A stretch of 64,000 nucleotides of DNA, taken from NCBI GenBank assembly GCA_963719315.1, contig CAVRBU010000004.1, positions 64,001-128,000 on the forward strand. The letters run 5' to 3'. The translations under genes were made by a program, and so were the position numbers. This DNA comes from an uncultured Planctomycetota bacterium. GTDB taxonomy: Bacteria; Planctomycetota; Planctomycetia; Pirellulales; Lacipirellulaceae. Positions 9,406 through 21,010 of the stretch are shown piece by piece. Below the pieces are notes generated by a model. That model had not been told where the DNA came from. It searched no databases and worked only from the letters and a program-made list of their open reading frames with translations. Numbering within the stretch: position 1 is the stretch's first letter; each line of letters starts with the position of its first letter.

Positions 9406-10238
9406 AAGTAGTAGATGTTGTACGCGAAAAGTATGCGTCGGTAGCAACTAGCGGATTATCTAGCAAACACGATGGCGTCCGGGCGGTCGCCGAAGCTTTC
9501 GGCTACTCGCCCGAAGAATTGGCGTCGATTCCAGCGGAAGCCAACATGGGGCTTTCGTGTGGCAATCCTACCGCTTTTGCTACCCTTCGCCCCGGCGAAA
9601 CGGTTATTGATCTTGGCTGCGGTGGTGGGCTGGACGTGTTTCTGGCAGCCGAAAAAGTTGGCCCGACAGGCAAAGCAATCGGCATTGATATGACTGACGA
9701 AATGTTGGAATTGTCCCGCCGCAATGCAGCCGGTCGAATGAATGTCGAATTTCACAAAGCGACCATAGACAACATGCCGCTGCCCGATGCGTCGGTAGAT
9801 TGTGTGATTAGCAATTGCGTAATCAACCTGGCTCCCGACAAGCCTGCCGTATTCCGTGAGATTGCCCGTGTGCTGAGACCAGGCGGACGATTGGCGGTGA
9901 GCGACATTGCATTAAAGAAGCCGTTGCCGCCAGAAATTGGTAATGACCTAATTGCCTACGTCGGCTGTGTAGCCGGGGCCATTTTAATTGAGGATTACCG
10001 GAACTGGCTCGCCGCTGCCGGATTCGATGCTGTCGAAATTATCGACGCCGGGAAAGACTTGAATGCCTACTCCAAGGTAAACGGCCAATCGGGCTGTTGC
10101 TCGCCGCCGATGGGCAGCGGGCTTCCGGTTGTTTCGTGCTGCTCAAGTGAGGTACACAACGAGCTAGGCGAGTTGCTGGCCAAATACAATGTCAATGACT
10201 ATGCGGCCAGCGTGAGAGTCTTTGCGGTGAAGCCGTAG
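9402..10238 (+). CDS. arsM: Arsenite S-adenosylmethionine methyltransferase
   Basis: [35 protein letters not shown]-terminal CC pairs. Confidence 0.93.
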   Translation: MKVVDVVREKYASVATSGLSSKHDGVRAVAEAFGYSPEELASIPAEANMGLSCGNPTAFATLRPGETVIDLGCGGGLDVFLAAEKVGPTGKAIGIDMTDEMLELSRRNAAGRMNVEFHKATIDNMPLPDASVDCVISNCVINLAPDKPAVFREIARVLRPGGRLAVSDIALKKPLPPEIGNDLIAYVGCVAGAILIEDYRNWLAAAGFDAVEIIDAGKDLNAYSKVNGQSGCCSPPMGSGLPVVSCCSSEVHNELGELLAKYNVNDYAASVRVFAVKP

Positions 10239-10247
10239 CAATAAAAT

Positions 10248-10280
10248 AAGCCCGGCATTGGTTCAACCAGTGCCGGGCTT
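10248..10280 (+). terminator. Hairpin terminator after arsM
   Basis: AAGCCCGGCATTGGTT-C-AACCAGTGCCGGGCTT stem immediately after the stop. Confidence 0.7.
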
Positions 10281-10523
10281 CAATTGTTTCTAGGGACGAG
10301 AAGTGGCTACAATGGGCCGCATGATTCGGAACTTTCAGCCTAGCGGGATAGATTCCCAGCCCGTCATGGTCGCGGTTGCACCGGGCACTGGCACCGTCAG
10401 ATACAGCCCTACAGTTTATTCACAGTAAATCGGGGACAAACAAGCCTATTGTAGATACTGGAAAGCGTTCGATTTATACTAGATTTACAGTGTTCGGCTG
10501 GTTTCATTGCAAAGGGTTTGTAG

Positions 10524-10565
10524 CTGGGGGTCAAAAGGTCGCTGGTTCGAATCCAGTCGGCCCGA
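10524..10565 (+). repeat. att site: 3' half of tRNA-Pro(GGG), copy 2
   Basis: 42/42 identical to 3371-3412; no tRNA 5' half upstream. Confidence 0.9.
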
Positions 10566-10974
10566 TTGTTTGCTGTTTGAAAACCAGGTGTTTTTGGCCG
10601 ATGCCCTTTGGCGGTCGGTTCGGATGTCACCCAAAATGGCACCCGCGCCTGCCAGGAAGGCCCAGAGTACGTCCGCCGTTTACTCGGCGGACCGGCCGAC
10701 GTAGTACGCCATCGGAGCGTCGATACTGCGATGGCACGGGGCGAAGCACTTTTCCCCGAGTTATTAGGGGTTTGGGAGCTACTTGAAATACAATTTACGC
10801 CTTGGGTCAGAGCAAAGTTGCCCCACTCCGGCGTCGTATCACGAAAAAAAGTTTCCAGAAATTCCTACCAGATACTAGACAAATAGACGCCGCCGAAGTA
10901 CGCTATGTTTCGACTGCGTCAAAATGGAGTTGATTGTTACCATTTTGAGTTACCTCTGACACATAGGATGACTA

Positions 10975-11936
10975 ATGAAGACGACTAATCTGCTTGCCAT
11001 CCTCTTGGCGGCCCTTGTTGCGAACGTCTTTTCCGCCGCGCTTGGAGCGACACATTCGGTAGCGGCTCCAACACATTCGATATCGCCTTCGTCAATGTCG
11101 GCAATCCGGGCAATGCGGCCGACGCGACGGGTAGTCCCAATCCGGTTGGGGCGGTGCCTTATTCGTTCCGCATGGGTCAGTTCGAAATCTCGGAGCAAAT
11201 GATCGACAAGGCCAATGCTGAGGGCGGGCTTGGCATTACCAAAGACACCCGTGGCGCCGATAAACCGGCGACCAGTATTTCCTGGAACGAAGCAGCCCGG
11301 TTCGTCAACTGGCTCAATACGAGCACCGGCAACATGCCAGCCTATAAGTTCGCAGTTCAGCCGGGGGATGGTGGTTACAGTGCGAACTCCAACATTCTGC
11401 TGTGGGCGAACACTGATCCCGGCTATGATCCTAACAATCTCTACCGAAACAGCTTTGCGCGGTATTTCCTGCCCAGCGTCGATGAATGGTACAAGGCGGC
11501 ATACTACGACCCGACCAGCGGTGTCTATTACGATTATCCCACGGGGAGCGACGTTGCACCAGCGGCCGTGAACAGTGGCACGGCAGCCGGCTCGGCGGTT
11601 TACGCCCGACCATTCGGTCAAGGCCCAGCCGACATCATGCTTGCCGGCGGCTTGAGTCCCTACGGCACGATGGGGCAAGGTGGGAATGTCTTTGAATTGG
11701 AAGAGACCGATTTCGATCTGGTGAACGGCCCGGCTGTTACAACGGCGATCCGCGGAGAGCGCGGCGGCTATTGGAGCTCCGCCGCCCTCAACTTGCAGTC
11801 GACGAACCGGCTCAACTCAGCCCCGACGAATCAGCAAAACTTCATTGGTTTTCGCGTAGCCAGTGTCCCTGAACCAAGTTCGGCGATATTGTTTGCGATC
11901 ACCAGCTTGGTGTTTTTCGTTCGGAGAACTCGTTAA
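10975..11936 (+). CDS. FGE-sulfatase/SUMF1-domain PEP-CTERM protein (frameshift near 11047)
   Basis: Signal peptide in ORF 10975; the other frame gives DTFGSGSNTFDIAFVNVGNPGN, LPSVDEWYKAAYYDP, GQGGNVFE, IGFRVASVPEP. Paralog of 62267-63220. Confidence 0.85.
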
Positions 11937-12483
11937 ATTTGCTGCTGGGTCGATTCCGCCGATGAGCGCGGCTGGGAAACGAGCGCAGTGGCGCTATCGC
12001 CAGAAGCGGATTTCCGTCTCGAAGGCTGGATCCGCGCCGCCACGGGAGAAGCACGTTTAGGAGTCGACTTGTTGGACGCCAGCGGTCGCTTGGTACGGTC
12101 TATCGACGCGCCGCAGGTTGCCAACGTGGCCGACTGGCGGTGCGTCGCCGTGGAATTCAAAGAAGAAGCCATCGGGACAGGGAACCGGGCCGGAACGCAT
12201 CGCAGCGATCCGACCGTCAAGCGCCGTGCCCGGCGCCATTCCAAAGGGCCTCGTGCGAGACTTGGGCCTGGTCGGCCGGCCTGGCTTTGAGATGAGTCGC
12301 GGCGGCAATCGTACACCCGTCGTTCCGAACCAGCGAACCGTGGCTGGTGCACAACGTGTATTGCCTACTGGTCGCCAGTGCGCTCGATAAATGTGTTAAT
12401 ATGGAGCGGCCGGGGCCACCTCAATTCGATCGACCACAATGAGCGTTCGGCCGAGAGCGCGCTGATCGTCTGCGATTTTCTCA

Positions 12484-13450
12484 ATGAAAGCGGTCCAAGT
12501 CGTTGCGCGGGGGAGAGCGGAGTTTGTCGACGTCCCCATTCCCAGACTTCAGCCAGGATGTGCGCTCGTTCGTACGCGGCGATTGTCGCTTTGTGGCAGC
12601 GATATTCGCATGTTGCACTTTGCACCGCGGGATGCTTATCCTTTTCCCCCCGGCACAACTGGCCATGAGATGATTGGCGTCGTCGAGGCCATCGATGCAC
12701 CAGAGTCAGCGGTGCAGGTCGGTGATACCGTGCTCGCGCTCGCGCCATGCCATACGGCGATGGCTGAATACTACCTCGCGCCAATCGATTACGTCCTTCC
12801 CTTGCCGCCCGGCATTTCGATTGAGCATCTGTTGCAGGCCCAGCAGTTGGGCACGGTGCTGTTTGCATGTCAACTTCTTCCGAACCTGACGGGTAAGACT
12901 GTGGCGGTTATCGGCCAGGGCTCGGCGGGGCTGTTTTTCGATTTTCAACTACGCCAATTGGGCGCCGCGCGGATCATAGCACTTGACGTAGAGGCTTTCC
13001 GCTTGGAACCGTCCACTGCATTCGGAGCCACGCACACGATCCACAACGCCGCCGTCGATCCATGCGAAGCAATTCGGCGAATCAACGGCGGCGAACTAGC
13101 CGATGTCGTCATTGAAGCCGCCGGCGACGTGCCCGCGATCAATCTGGCGATCGACCTCGTTCGGAAGAGAGGAGACATCTTATACTTCGGCTATCCGCGG
13201 GGCCAAACGATCCCTTTCAACTTCGACGTACTGTTCCACAAATGTTGTCGCGCAGACGATCGTCGGAGCAACCGTCGAGCCGAATCAGGCTTCCACGAGG
13301 AAGGCCATCGAGTTAGTTGATAATCGCCAGATCGACGTGAGCCGGCTCATCACGCACCACTTTCCCTTCGCGGCCGTTGTTGATGCTTACGAATTGCACC
13401 GCACGCGCGGCGATAAATGCCTCAAAATCGTGATTGAAATGCCGGAGTAA
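12484..13450 (+). CDS. Zinc-binding medium-chain dehydrogenase (frameshift near 13252)
   Basis: LCGSD, GHE, VIGQGSAGL, VIEAAG; the C-terminus (LITHHFPF...LKIVI) is in ORF 13103-13450. Confidence 0.85.
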
Positions 13451-13456
13451 ATCAAT

Positions 13457-14563
13457 ATGGCGGCTCGTCGCATGTCCGCGGATTCCTTGCGGCGATTTGC
13501 AGAGCAGGCGTTTGTACGCGTCGGCTATCCGCAGGACCAGGCCACCGATGCGGCCGATGTGCTGATTTGGGCGAGTCTGCGCGGCGTCGATACGCACGGG
13601 GTTCGCAATCTCAAGCCGTACTACATCGATCGCACTCTCGAGGGATCGCTGCTTCCTGGCGCCCAAATCCGAATCGAAGTGCAGACGCAGCAAACGGCTT
13701 CGCTCGATGGCGGCTCTGGTCTGGGGCTGGCGTGCGCATGCCGAGCCATGCGGTTGGCAATTGACAAAGCTCGGACTGCTGGCGTGGGGATTGTGTGCGT
13801 CCGCAACACGCACCATTTGGGACCCGCCGGCTATTTTGCTCACATGGCGGTTGAACATGGCATGTTGGGCGCGTGCATGACGGGGCATTTTTTTGGCAAG
13901 GGACACTCGATCGGCATCGCCCCATTGGGCAGCCTGCTGCCGATGCTCTCGACCAGTCCACTCAGCTTCGCAGCGCCGTGCGGTCGCCACGCGCCGTTCG
14001 TGCTCGATATGTCGACGTCGGTGGCCACGATCAATCGCATTGAAATGCATGCCCAAGAAGGGCGGCCGATTCCCAGCGGTTGGGCACGGGACGCGAACGG
14101 CAATCCGACGACCGACCCTGATGCGGCGAGACTTCTGTTGCCGCTGGGCGGCACTGCCGAATTAGGGGGATTTAAAGGCGCTGGATTGGCGATGATGGTG
14201 TCGATCTTGTCGGGGGTTTTATCGGGTGCCTGGGCCCGCGTGGAGGCGGAGATGCCTGACTCAGCTTCAGCCACCCCGCAACCGGCCCGATACGATCAGC
14301 CAACGATGGGACATTTCTTTGCCGCCGTGCGGATCGATAGTTTTCAGCCGGTGGATCGATTCCGCGATGCAATGGATGCCATGGTCGATGCACTTCATGC
14401 AGCCCCCATGAACGCTCCAAACGACGCCGTGCATTATCCGGGCGAGATCGAGTTTGCGACTGCCGCCGAGCGAACGCAACATGGAATCCCGATCAGTGAT
14501 CGGTTATTCGACGAGCTGCAGAGGTTGGCAGAGCAGCTCGAATTGGAGATGCCGCATCTATGA
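13457..14563 (+). CDS. Ldh_2 family (type-2 malate/L-lactate/sulfolactate) oxidoreductase
   Basis: ASLRGVDTHG, RNTHHLG, LDMSTS, LLPLGG...GFKGAGL, YPGE. Confidence 0.9.
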   Translation: MAARRMSADSLRRFAEQAFVRVGYPQDQATDAADVLIWASLRGVDTHGVRNLKPYYIDRTLEGSLLPGAQIRIEVQTQQTASLDGGSGLGLACACRAMRLAIDKARTAGVGIVCVRNTHHLGPAGYFAHMAVEHGMLGACMTGHFFGKGHSIGIAPLGSLLPMLSTSPLSFAAPCGRHAPFVLDMSTSVATINRIEMHAQEGRPIPSGWARDANGNPTTDPDAARLLLPLGGTAELGGFKGAGLAMMVSILSGVLSGAWARVEAEMPDSASATPQPARYDQPTMGHFFAAVRIDSFQPVDRFRDAMDAMVDALHAAPMNAPNDAVHYPGEIEFATAAERTQHGIPISDRLFDELQRLAEQLELEMPHL

Positions 14564-14891
14564 GATAAAGGAACTCGAACGCCGCATGGCGTCATTTTGT
14601 ATCCGATCCACGTTGATCCCTGCGACGCTAAAAAGCCAACCTGTCGCAAAACTAGGCGCTTTGAAGGATGAGCACGGATTCTAGCTGTCGTTACCGGAAG
14701 GTTTCACGACGGCAGACCGTACTGCGAAGAATGCCATCAACAAACCGGGGCCGCCTGGGAAAAACCAGGTTATATCCATTGCGTGCTACACGTGGGGTTT
14801 GGCGAGTTGCTACAATTAAGGCTATTGAGTAAGAGCACAGGGTCCAGGAATTGCACGTTTGGGAAATATCGGCATGGGGATGTCTTTACCG

Positions 14892-16357
14892 ATGAAGGTC
14901 GGATTCAAGAAGTTGCTTATTGCGTCTGTAACGCTACTCAATGCATTGTTTCTTCCCCAGCCCCGCGTGCTCGCGATTTTGCGGGCGTTTCCAGGGGCGG
15001 AAGGAGCGGGCGCCTTTGCCACTGGCGGCAGGGGAGGCGTCGTCTATCATGTGACGAGCCTGGCCGACAGCGGTAATGGCACATTGCGAAGCGGCATCGA
15101 AAACGCCAGTGGGCCAACGACTATCGTCTTCGACATCTCCGGGACGATCGCGTTGCAGAGCCAACTGGTTATCCGTAAGCCCAACATCACGATTGCCGGC
15201 CAGACTGCCCCCGGCAGTGGCATCACAGTGACCGGCGATGTCTTCAGCGTCAGTTCCAGCTCGTCAAATCATACGCAAGCCGACAACACCATTATCCGCT
15301 ATATGCGCTTTCGAAACGGCCAGCCGGCGGTCAACCAGAAGGACGCCTTTAACATCACCGCGGGGAGAAACGTGATTGTCGATCACGTTTCGGCGTCGTG
15401 GGGGGGCGATGAAAACCTCTCGGTCACCAAGAGCGCCGATAACGTGACCGTGCAATGGAGCTTCAATACCGAAGCGCTCAATGCCAACAACCACGGCTAT
15501 GGGTCGTTGATCGCACCGGAGACCCAAGGGGCACGATACACGTTTCACCATAACCTGTATGCCAACGATGCCGGGCGGATTCCGCGTGCCGGCAGTCGAA
15601 ACTTCGCCACCGATTTCGTCTTCGACTACCGCAATAACGTCGCCTACAATTGGGGCACACAAGGCAACTGGGGTGGCTGGGCCGTCGTCGGCGGGAATCC
15701 CAACGAAGAGACCGTCGATTTTAACTTCATCAACAATTACTACATCGCGGGGCCCAACACGATCAGTTCATTCTACCAGAACACCGCGTTGTCGTCTAAT
15801 TTCGTCACGAGCCGGATCCACCAGTCCGGAAACAAGATCGACTCGAATCGCAACGGTATGCTGGACGGCACGGACACCGGCTGGAACATGATCCGCGGCG
15901 CGTACACGCAACGGCCTACCCCTTTCCCCATTTTTCCTCTCTATGCCGTGACCACCGAGACCGCCGACGAGGCCTACAACAGTGTCTTGAACGAAGGCGG
16001 CGCCAACTTTCCCGCTCGCGATGCGGTGGACCTTCGCGTCATCGCGGGAGTGCTCAACCAGACGGGTAGAATCATCAGCGATGAGTCTGGAGTGGGAGGG
16101 TTGCCGATGCTGCCCGTGGTGATCCGCCCCACCGGATTCGACATCGATTCCGATGGCATGCCAAACGCCTGGGAAATCGCCCAGGGGCTCAATCCAAACA
16201 ACGCGTCCGACCGCAATGGCATCGGCGCTGGTGGTTACACCAACCTCGAGATCTATCTCAACTCACTTGTGGCGGTTCCCGAACCGGGGCGCTCCTGTTG
16301 CTGAGCACGGCTTACGCGGGATTCCTTTTGCTGCGGCGGGGGCGCGTGAATGCCTAG
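14892..16357 (+). CDS. Pectate lyase (PL1-like) with PEP-CTERM (frameshift near 16290)
   Basis: AFPGAEGAG...GGRGG.VYHVT, IAGQTAPG, DHVSASWGGDE, DSDGMPNAWE...GYTNLEIYLN, VPEPG. The TM and basic tail ALLLLSTAYAGFLLLRRGR is in the next frame, stop at 16357. Confidence 0.85.
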
Positions 16358-16466
16358 GCCGCGTCCACGGTTCGTTTCCCCGACCTACCAGGGGGGGCCG
16401 GGCCAGTTCGCCGGAACCTCTACCAACATCCCGCACGGCACCACGACTCTTCAACGTGCTGCCAAG

Positions 16467-18053
16467 TTAGCTGGGTCTCCGCAACAAATAATTGACTAGC
16501 CAGGTAACGAGGATGCCAAACGCCAATATCGCCAATAGGATTCCTATTGCCCACCATCCGGCGAAATCCCAATAGCCTCGCAATGCCACCACTACAAAGG
16601 CAACGCCGCCGATCAGATTGAGCGCGACCAAAGCGCGCGGCATACGATGCTGAACGGGCAGGCGGAGATCGACCCAAGGATTCAAGAAGCAAATCACGCC
16701 GCAGGCGAACACGCTGGTAAACAGATTGACCGGTATGAGCAGGGTGGTCAGTCCCGGCAATTTCTCTTCGCCCACTCGCAATTGATAAAAAAAGTTCACC
16801 GCCAACACCACAAGGGCCACACCCGTACACCATCCGATGGCCAAATTGCGCAATTGCCGCGAGTTGCCGCGCGTGAGCTTGTTTGGGACGACGGCCAGCG
16901 CCGTCTCGCGCAGGATGGTAGGCGCGACTTCCAGCGTGCCATAGAGAGTGCCGGCAATTGCCAAGAATGCGGCCGCGACATAGAGCGGGTAGAGCCACGG
17001 GTGAATGCGAGTTAAGAATTGAGCCTGATGCTCAAGAAATGCGCCGTCACCGGGGAGTTGATGTTCCGGCCCCAACACCAGTTTGCCCGATGCCACGAAG
17101 ACCGCGCTAAATAGCAGCACGACCAAAAAACTCAGCGTGCAATCGACCAGGGGGGCACGGAGCCACTGCCGCAGCGTTTGGTCGTCCAAGGTTGGCCGCT
17201 GGGCTGCGCCGACGACTGATTCATCAACTTCCAAGGCGGCGTCTTGCGCTACCGGGACCGCATTGCCCCATTGTTTATCGCGAATAAACGACGTGTACGC
17301 GAGGTAATCGTAGCCCGCACCGCCAATCACGCCGGCATACAAGGAAAGTTCCACCCACACGGGACGGTCGGCGATCAGCCGCGCGGCGGGCTGTGAATCG
17401 CTCAACAGCCAAGCAGGATACTCCAATCGCCGTGGGACGATGAAGCCGAGCAAAAACTCCAGCCAGTCTGGCTGGAACAATAAAAGCGCGACGATCACGG
17501 CCACGAGCATGCAGGCAACGATCACGAGTTGAATCTTTTCCAAAGCCGAATACCCGCCGGATAGTGCGAGCAAAAAAACTCCGATGAGCAGGCCCGAGCC
17601 CCACAAGTGAATCGTCGCCCCGCCAAGGTGCCGCTTCGTGCCGGTCAGCCCGGCCAGTAAATCGCCCAGGACGCTGGAATGAAAGCTGACCCAAACGGGA
17701 ATAAGTGCGGCAGCGAGCAGAAAGAAGAGAACCGTCAGCCAACCGCGTGGTCCAAAAGGCAAGTCCATCCACCTTTCGAGCGGGTGTGCGCCCGAGATCA
17801 CCATGTGTCGGGCTGCGGAGTAGGCGAGCGTCCACTTCAGCAAACAGATTAGAGTGAACAGGAAGAGAATGTTGTAGCCAAAGATCACGCCGCCGCGCGA
17901 CGAGAAGATCAATTCGCCCGTGCCAATCGTCAGCGATGCGATAACCGCTCCGGGTCCGAAGACGCGGAGCCAGGCCAGCGGGTTGCTGGAGACCAGCGCG
18001 CGGGGAATCCGCGGCGGGACGGCCACTTCCGAAACTTCTGGAGCGCTGCTCAT
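16467..18053 (-). CDS. Nramp/APC-like membrane transporter
   Basis: FGPGAVIASLTIGTGELI motif and about 11-12 hydrophobic segments. Confidence 0.75.
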   Translation of the reverse strand: MSSAPEVSEVAVPPRIPRALVSSNPLAWLRVFGPGAVIASLTIGTGELIFSSRGGVIFGYNILFLFTLICLLKWTLAYSAARHMVISGAHPLERWMDLPFGPRGWLTVLFFLLAAALIPVWVSFHSSVLGDLLAGLTGTKRHLGGATIHLWGSGLLIGVFLLALSGGYSALEKIQLVIVACMLVAVIVALLLFQPDWLEFLLGFIVPRRLEYPAWLLSDSQPAARLIADRPVWVELSLYAGVIGGAGYDYLAYTSFIRDKQWGNAVPVAQDAALEVDESVVGAAQRPTLDDQTLRQWLRAPLVDCTLSFLVVLLFSAVFVASGKLVLGPEHQLPGDGAFLEHQAQFLTRIHPWLYPLYVAAAFLAIAGTLYGTLEVAPTILRETALAVVPNKLTRGNSRQLRNLAIGWCTGVALVVLAVNFFYQLRVGEEKLPGLTTLLIPVNLFTSVFACGVICFLNPWVDLRLPVQHRMPRALVALNLIGGVAFVVVALRGYWDFAGWWAIGILLAILAFGILVTWLVNYLLRRPS

Positions 18054-18086
18054 TATGGACGCAACGGCGGCGACGGATGATCTGGT

Positions 18087-19355
18087 CTACCCACGGCGCG
18101 TTCCACCGCGCTTGGTCGCCATGCAAACGTCGACAACCCGACCTGCGTCCGACAGCGCAACATGGAACTGCTGTGGACCTTCAATGCGATGGACCGACAC
18201 ATGATAACTCTCTTCGGCTACGGCCAGATACGGGCGCTTATTCAAATCGGTAGGTTTCCGGATCTTGCCCCAAGATCCATCGCCCAGATACAAAACGCCC
18301 TTCGCGTTCGGTCTTCCATCAAGCAACGGATGCGTCCTTTTGTAGGTGTGATCGTGGTGTTCGAGCACGGCATCGACGTTGTATCGTTCGAATAGCGGTA
18401 CCCAGTGCCGCCGGTTGTCTTCACCGGTTCCGATTTTGTCGCCCACCGTCTCAAAGGCGCGATGCGAGGGATAAGCAGGCACGTGATTGACTACGAACAC
18501 GTTTGGACAGTCCTGTCGCTCCTTCAGCGCGCGTGCAAGCCAATCGGTCTGCGCGCCCTCGATCGGCGACGTGTGGTTCGTGTCAAGAAACACCAGCGAC
18601 ATGTATTGGCCAAAATCGAGTGTCGCGAAACCCGTGTCGGGAAACAGGCCATCGAATATCGAGTAGAAAAATGGCGCCTGCGTCCGCGGCTGCTCGTAAC
18701 TGCCTACGACTTCGTGGTTACCTATGCCGCCCAATAGCGGAATGAGGCGCTGCTGGTCATCGCGCAAGTCACTCGAATAGTTCTTGAGGAATTCAAGAAA
18801 ACGATCGGGGCTTTCGCCGTTCTCGTAGGCCAAGTCGCCGCCCATGATTACGAAACGCGGCGCCTGAGCAGCCGCAATTTTATTTGTTTTCCGCGGGTGC
18901 TCGCCCACACCGCAGTCGCCGCCCGAAACGAATTGGATGGGATTCGTATCTTTGACCGGCATCGTGCGAAAACAAAATTCGGGAGAATCCAGGCCGACGC
19001 GGAAAATGTAATCCGTATCGGGTTCCAAGCCGTTCATCTCGGAGCGAAGAATCCAGTGATCGCTGAGCGGGAACCGGCGCTTTGAGCATCCTTGGCTGCG
19101 CCATAACTGGTTACCTTTTTTTGCATACCAGACCGGCCGCTTCGCCCCATCCGCTTCCGATCCGACCCACTGGATGGTCATGGTCGTCGTCGGATCGCGC
19201 TGCCAGGTAAGGAATAACGCGGTAGGTTCAAATGTCGGCGTCTCTGCAAATTTCGGCGCCTCGCTGGAAGTATTTCCAATAGCGCAGTGCACATACCCGC
19301 CTGCCACTGCCAGCGAAGCCGATTGCAGAAAACGCCGCCGATCTAGCTCGTTCAT
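18087..19355 (-). CDS. Tat-exported purple-acid-phosphatase-type metallophosphoesterase
   Basis: DRRRFLQ; FN3-like N-domain; GGD, GGDLAY, GNHE, EHHDHTY motifs. Confidence 0.88.
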   Translation of the reverse strand: MNELDRRRFLQSASLAVAGGYVHCAIGNTSSEAPKFAETPTFEPTALFLTWQRDPTTTMTIQWVGSEADGAKRPVWYAKKGNQLWRSQGCSKRRFPLSDHWILRSEMNGLEPDTDYIFRVGLDSPEFCFRTMPVKDTNPIQFVSGGDCGVGEHPRKTNKIAAAQAPRFVIMGGDLAYENGESPDRFLEFLKNYSSDLRDDQQRLIPLLGGIGNHEVVGSYEQPRTQAPFFYSIFDGLFPDTGFATLDFGQYMSLVFLDTNHTSPIEGAQTDWLARALKERQDCPNVFVVNHVPAYPSHRAFETVGDKIGTGEDNRRHWVPLFERYNVDAVLEHHDHTYKRTHPLLDGRPNAKGVLYLGDGSWGKIRKPTDLNKRPYLAVAEESYHVSVHRIEGPQQFHVALSDAGRVVDVCMATKRGGTRRG

Positions 19356-19382
19356 TTCGCTCTAACCTTGAGATGAGCTTGT

Positions 19383-20936
19383 TTACGACACATGCAGCAG
19401 TTCACGCGCCTCTTGAACACCAGGTGCGGGGTAGCCGTATTCGCTAGCGGTAACACGGGCCAAACCGACCAATTGACGCCAGCGGAAGGCCGGCCGCGTC
19501 GTGGCAAATTCCTCGCTGACCGTGCGGTAATACTTTTCCGCGTGCAGCGCTCCATCCTCACTGACCGCGTAGTTCAACAGCAGGTCAAAGACCGGGCGTT
19601 CCGGCAGATTCAGCTCGCCATAACGATGCACTACGGCGCAGGCCCGCGCCTGGTCTTTGCCGCGGATGGCTTCCTCGGCCCGTCCCAGTAGCTTCGTGGC
19701 ATCCTTCGAATCGATTTCGTCCAGCAATTGAGTGTAGGGATAGGGATCTTTGGTAGTATATGCGGTTTGGCCCGCGGTGTGGAAAGCACCGACAATCAAT
19801 GCCGCAACCTTATTTCGCGGATTGCTGACGCGCGAAATATTGCGCCAGGCGTTCGCCGCGTCCGAAGCATGCACGCCGACCGAATCGCCATGCACACAAC
19901 CTGGCGGCTTTTGTGGCGTGCTGTTCCTCTCCAGTCGGCCCGGGTCGTGCAGCATCAACGAGTTGGCGGCTAAGGAGATCGCTTCGCCCACCGACTCAGG
20001 ATCCATGCCTTCGGCCAGTGCGGCGGCGGCCGCATCGGCAGCCTGCTCGCGCGTGCCCGAGTAAATCACCTGCGCAAGCGCTTCCACCTGGGAGTCCTCG
20101 GCCCGGCGATCGCCGAGCGATTTGCTCAACAAATGGTGCTCGTCCAAAAGTTGCGGTAACACAGCGCACACTTCCGGCGTCGGCTGTTGATGGTCACGCA
20201 TGGATTGTTCGGAGTCGATGCAGAATCGAACCGACTGACGAAGCAAAGTCTCGGCATACTGCTGGCCGGTCAACTCCAGCATGGCCCAGGCTCGCCAGGC
20301 CAGCACGACCCGGTGGACGTTTACGTCATCGTCGACCGCCAATTGCAGCGCGTTGAAAGCGTCGATTGCCGGCTCGGCTGCAATTGCGGCGAAGCGGGCT
20401 TCAGCGTCGTGCAAATCGTTCGCGCGAATCGCATCTCGCAACCATTCGCCACTACGATCCGGCGCAACCGGTTTCGCCGCGTCGATGTGATGCAACGTAT
20501 CCCGCCGGGCGAATTGCTGGTCTTGGATGCGACTGCTGTTGCGGTACAGCACCTTCAGCACGGGTAGCGCTTGGCGTTCGGAAGGAAGTTCTCCCGCCAT
20601 CTTGTAGGCCGGCACCAGGGCCATGAACGTGTGATAGCCCGTGTAGTCGTTGCCGCCAAACGCCCGAGCGTTCGCAAGCGCGGCTGCGGAGACGAGTGTT
20701 TTAAGGTCGGTGCCCGATTGCAGCTTCGCCACCAAGAGAGGTTGCAGCTTTTCCGGCGGCGTCTCTTGCATCAAAGAGACGAGAGGCTCGAGGTTGCCAA
20801 ACGTCAAGCGTTGGCTGGCCTCCTCGGCAATGGCAGGCGACATTCCCAACTCGAAGGCGGCCACCGACCCCAGACTGGCCACTAGCATGCCTCGGCCGAC
20901 GTCCTCCAGAAACTCACGACGACTGTGACTATTCAT
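19383..20936 (-). CDS. Tat-signal helical protein of unknown function
   Basis: SRREFLE N-terminus; 517 aa; GGAG RBS; repeated His-containing helical motifs. Confidence 0.8.
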   Translation of the reverse strand: MNSHSRREFLEDVGRGMLVASLGSVAAFELGMSPAIAEEASQRLTFGNLEPLVSLMQETPPEKLQPLLVAKLQSGTDLKTLVSAAALANARAFGGNDYTGYHTFMALVPAYKMAGELPSERQALPVLKVLYRNSSRIQDQQFARRDTLHHIDAAKPVAPDRSGEWLRDAIRANDLHDAEARFAAIAAEPAIDAFNALQLAVDDDVNVHRVVLAWRAWAMLELTGQQYAETLLRQSVRFCIDSEQSMRDHQQPTPEVCAVLPQLLDEHHLLSKSLGDRRAEDSQVEALAQVIYSGTREQAADAAAAALAEGMDPESVGEAISLAANSLMLHDPGRLERNSTPQKPPGCVHGDSVGVHASDAANAWRNISRVSNPRNKVAALIVGAFHTAGQTAYTTKDPYPYTQLLDEIDSKDATKLLGRAEEAIRGKDQARACAVVHRYGELNLPERPVFDLLLNYAVSEDGALHAEKYYRTVSEEFATTRPAFRWRQLVGLARVTASEYGYPAPGVQEARELLHVS

Positions 20937-21010
20937 GACACGTCTCCTTATGAGTGGTCATCGATCAGACACCGGATTCACCTCATCATAATCCCGCATG
21001 ATAGGCTGTG

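Larger units (their letters stand above)
3371..10565. mobile_element. Defective integrative island (arsenic/magnesium cargo) at tRNA-Pro
   Basis: Bounded by identical 42-bp tRNA-derived direct repeats. An integrase fragment follows the left repeat, and ACAGTAAATC-like motifs lie just inside both ends. Confidence 0.85.

Noticed and set aside
11988..12290. Possible carbohydrate-binding-module remnant (FRLEGWIRA...VDLLDASGRLV...DWRCVAVEF)
   Set aside because: Short, no clear start or signal peptide, and it degenerates quickly; cannot be supported without a profile search.
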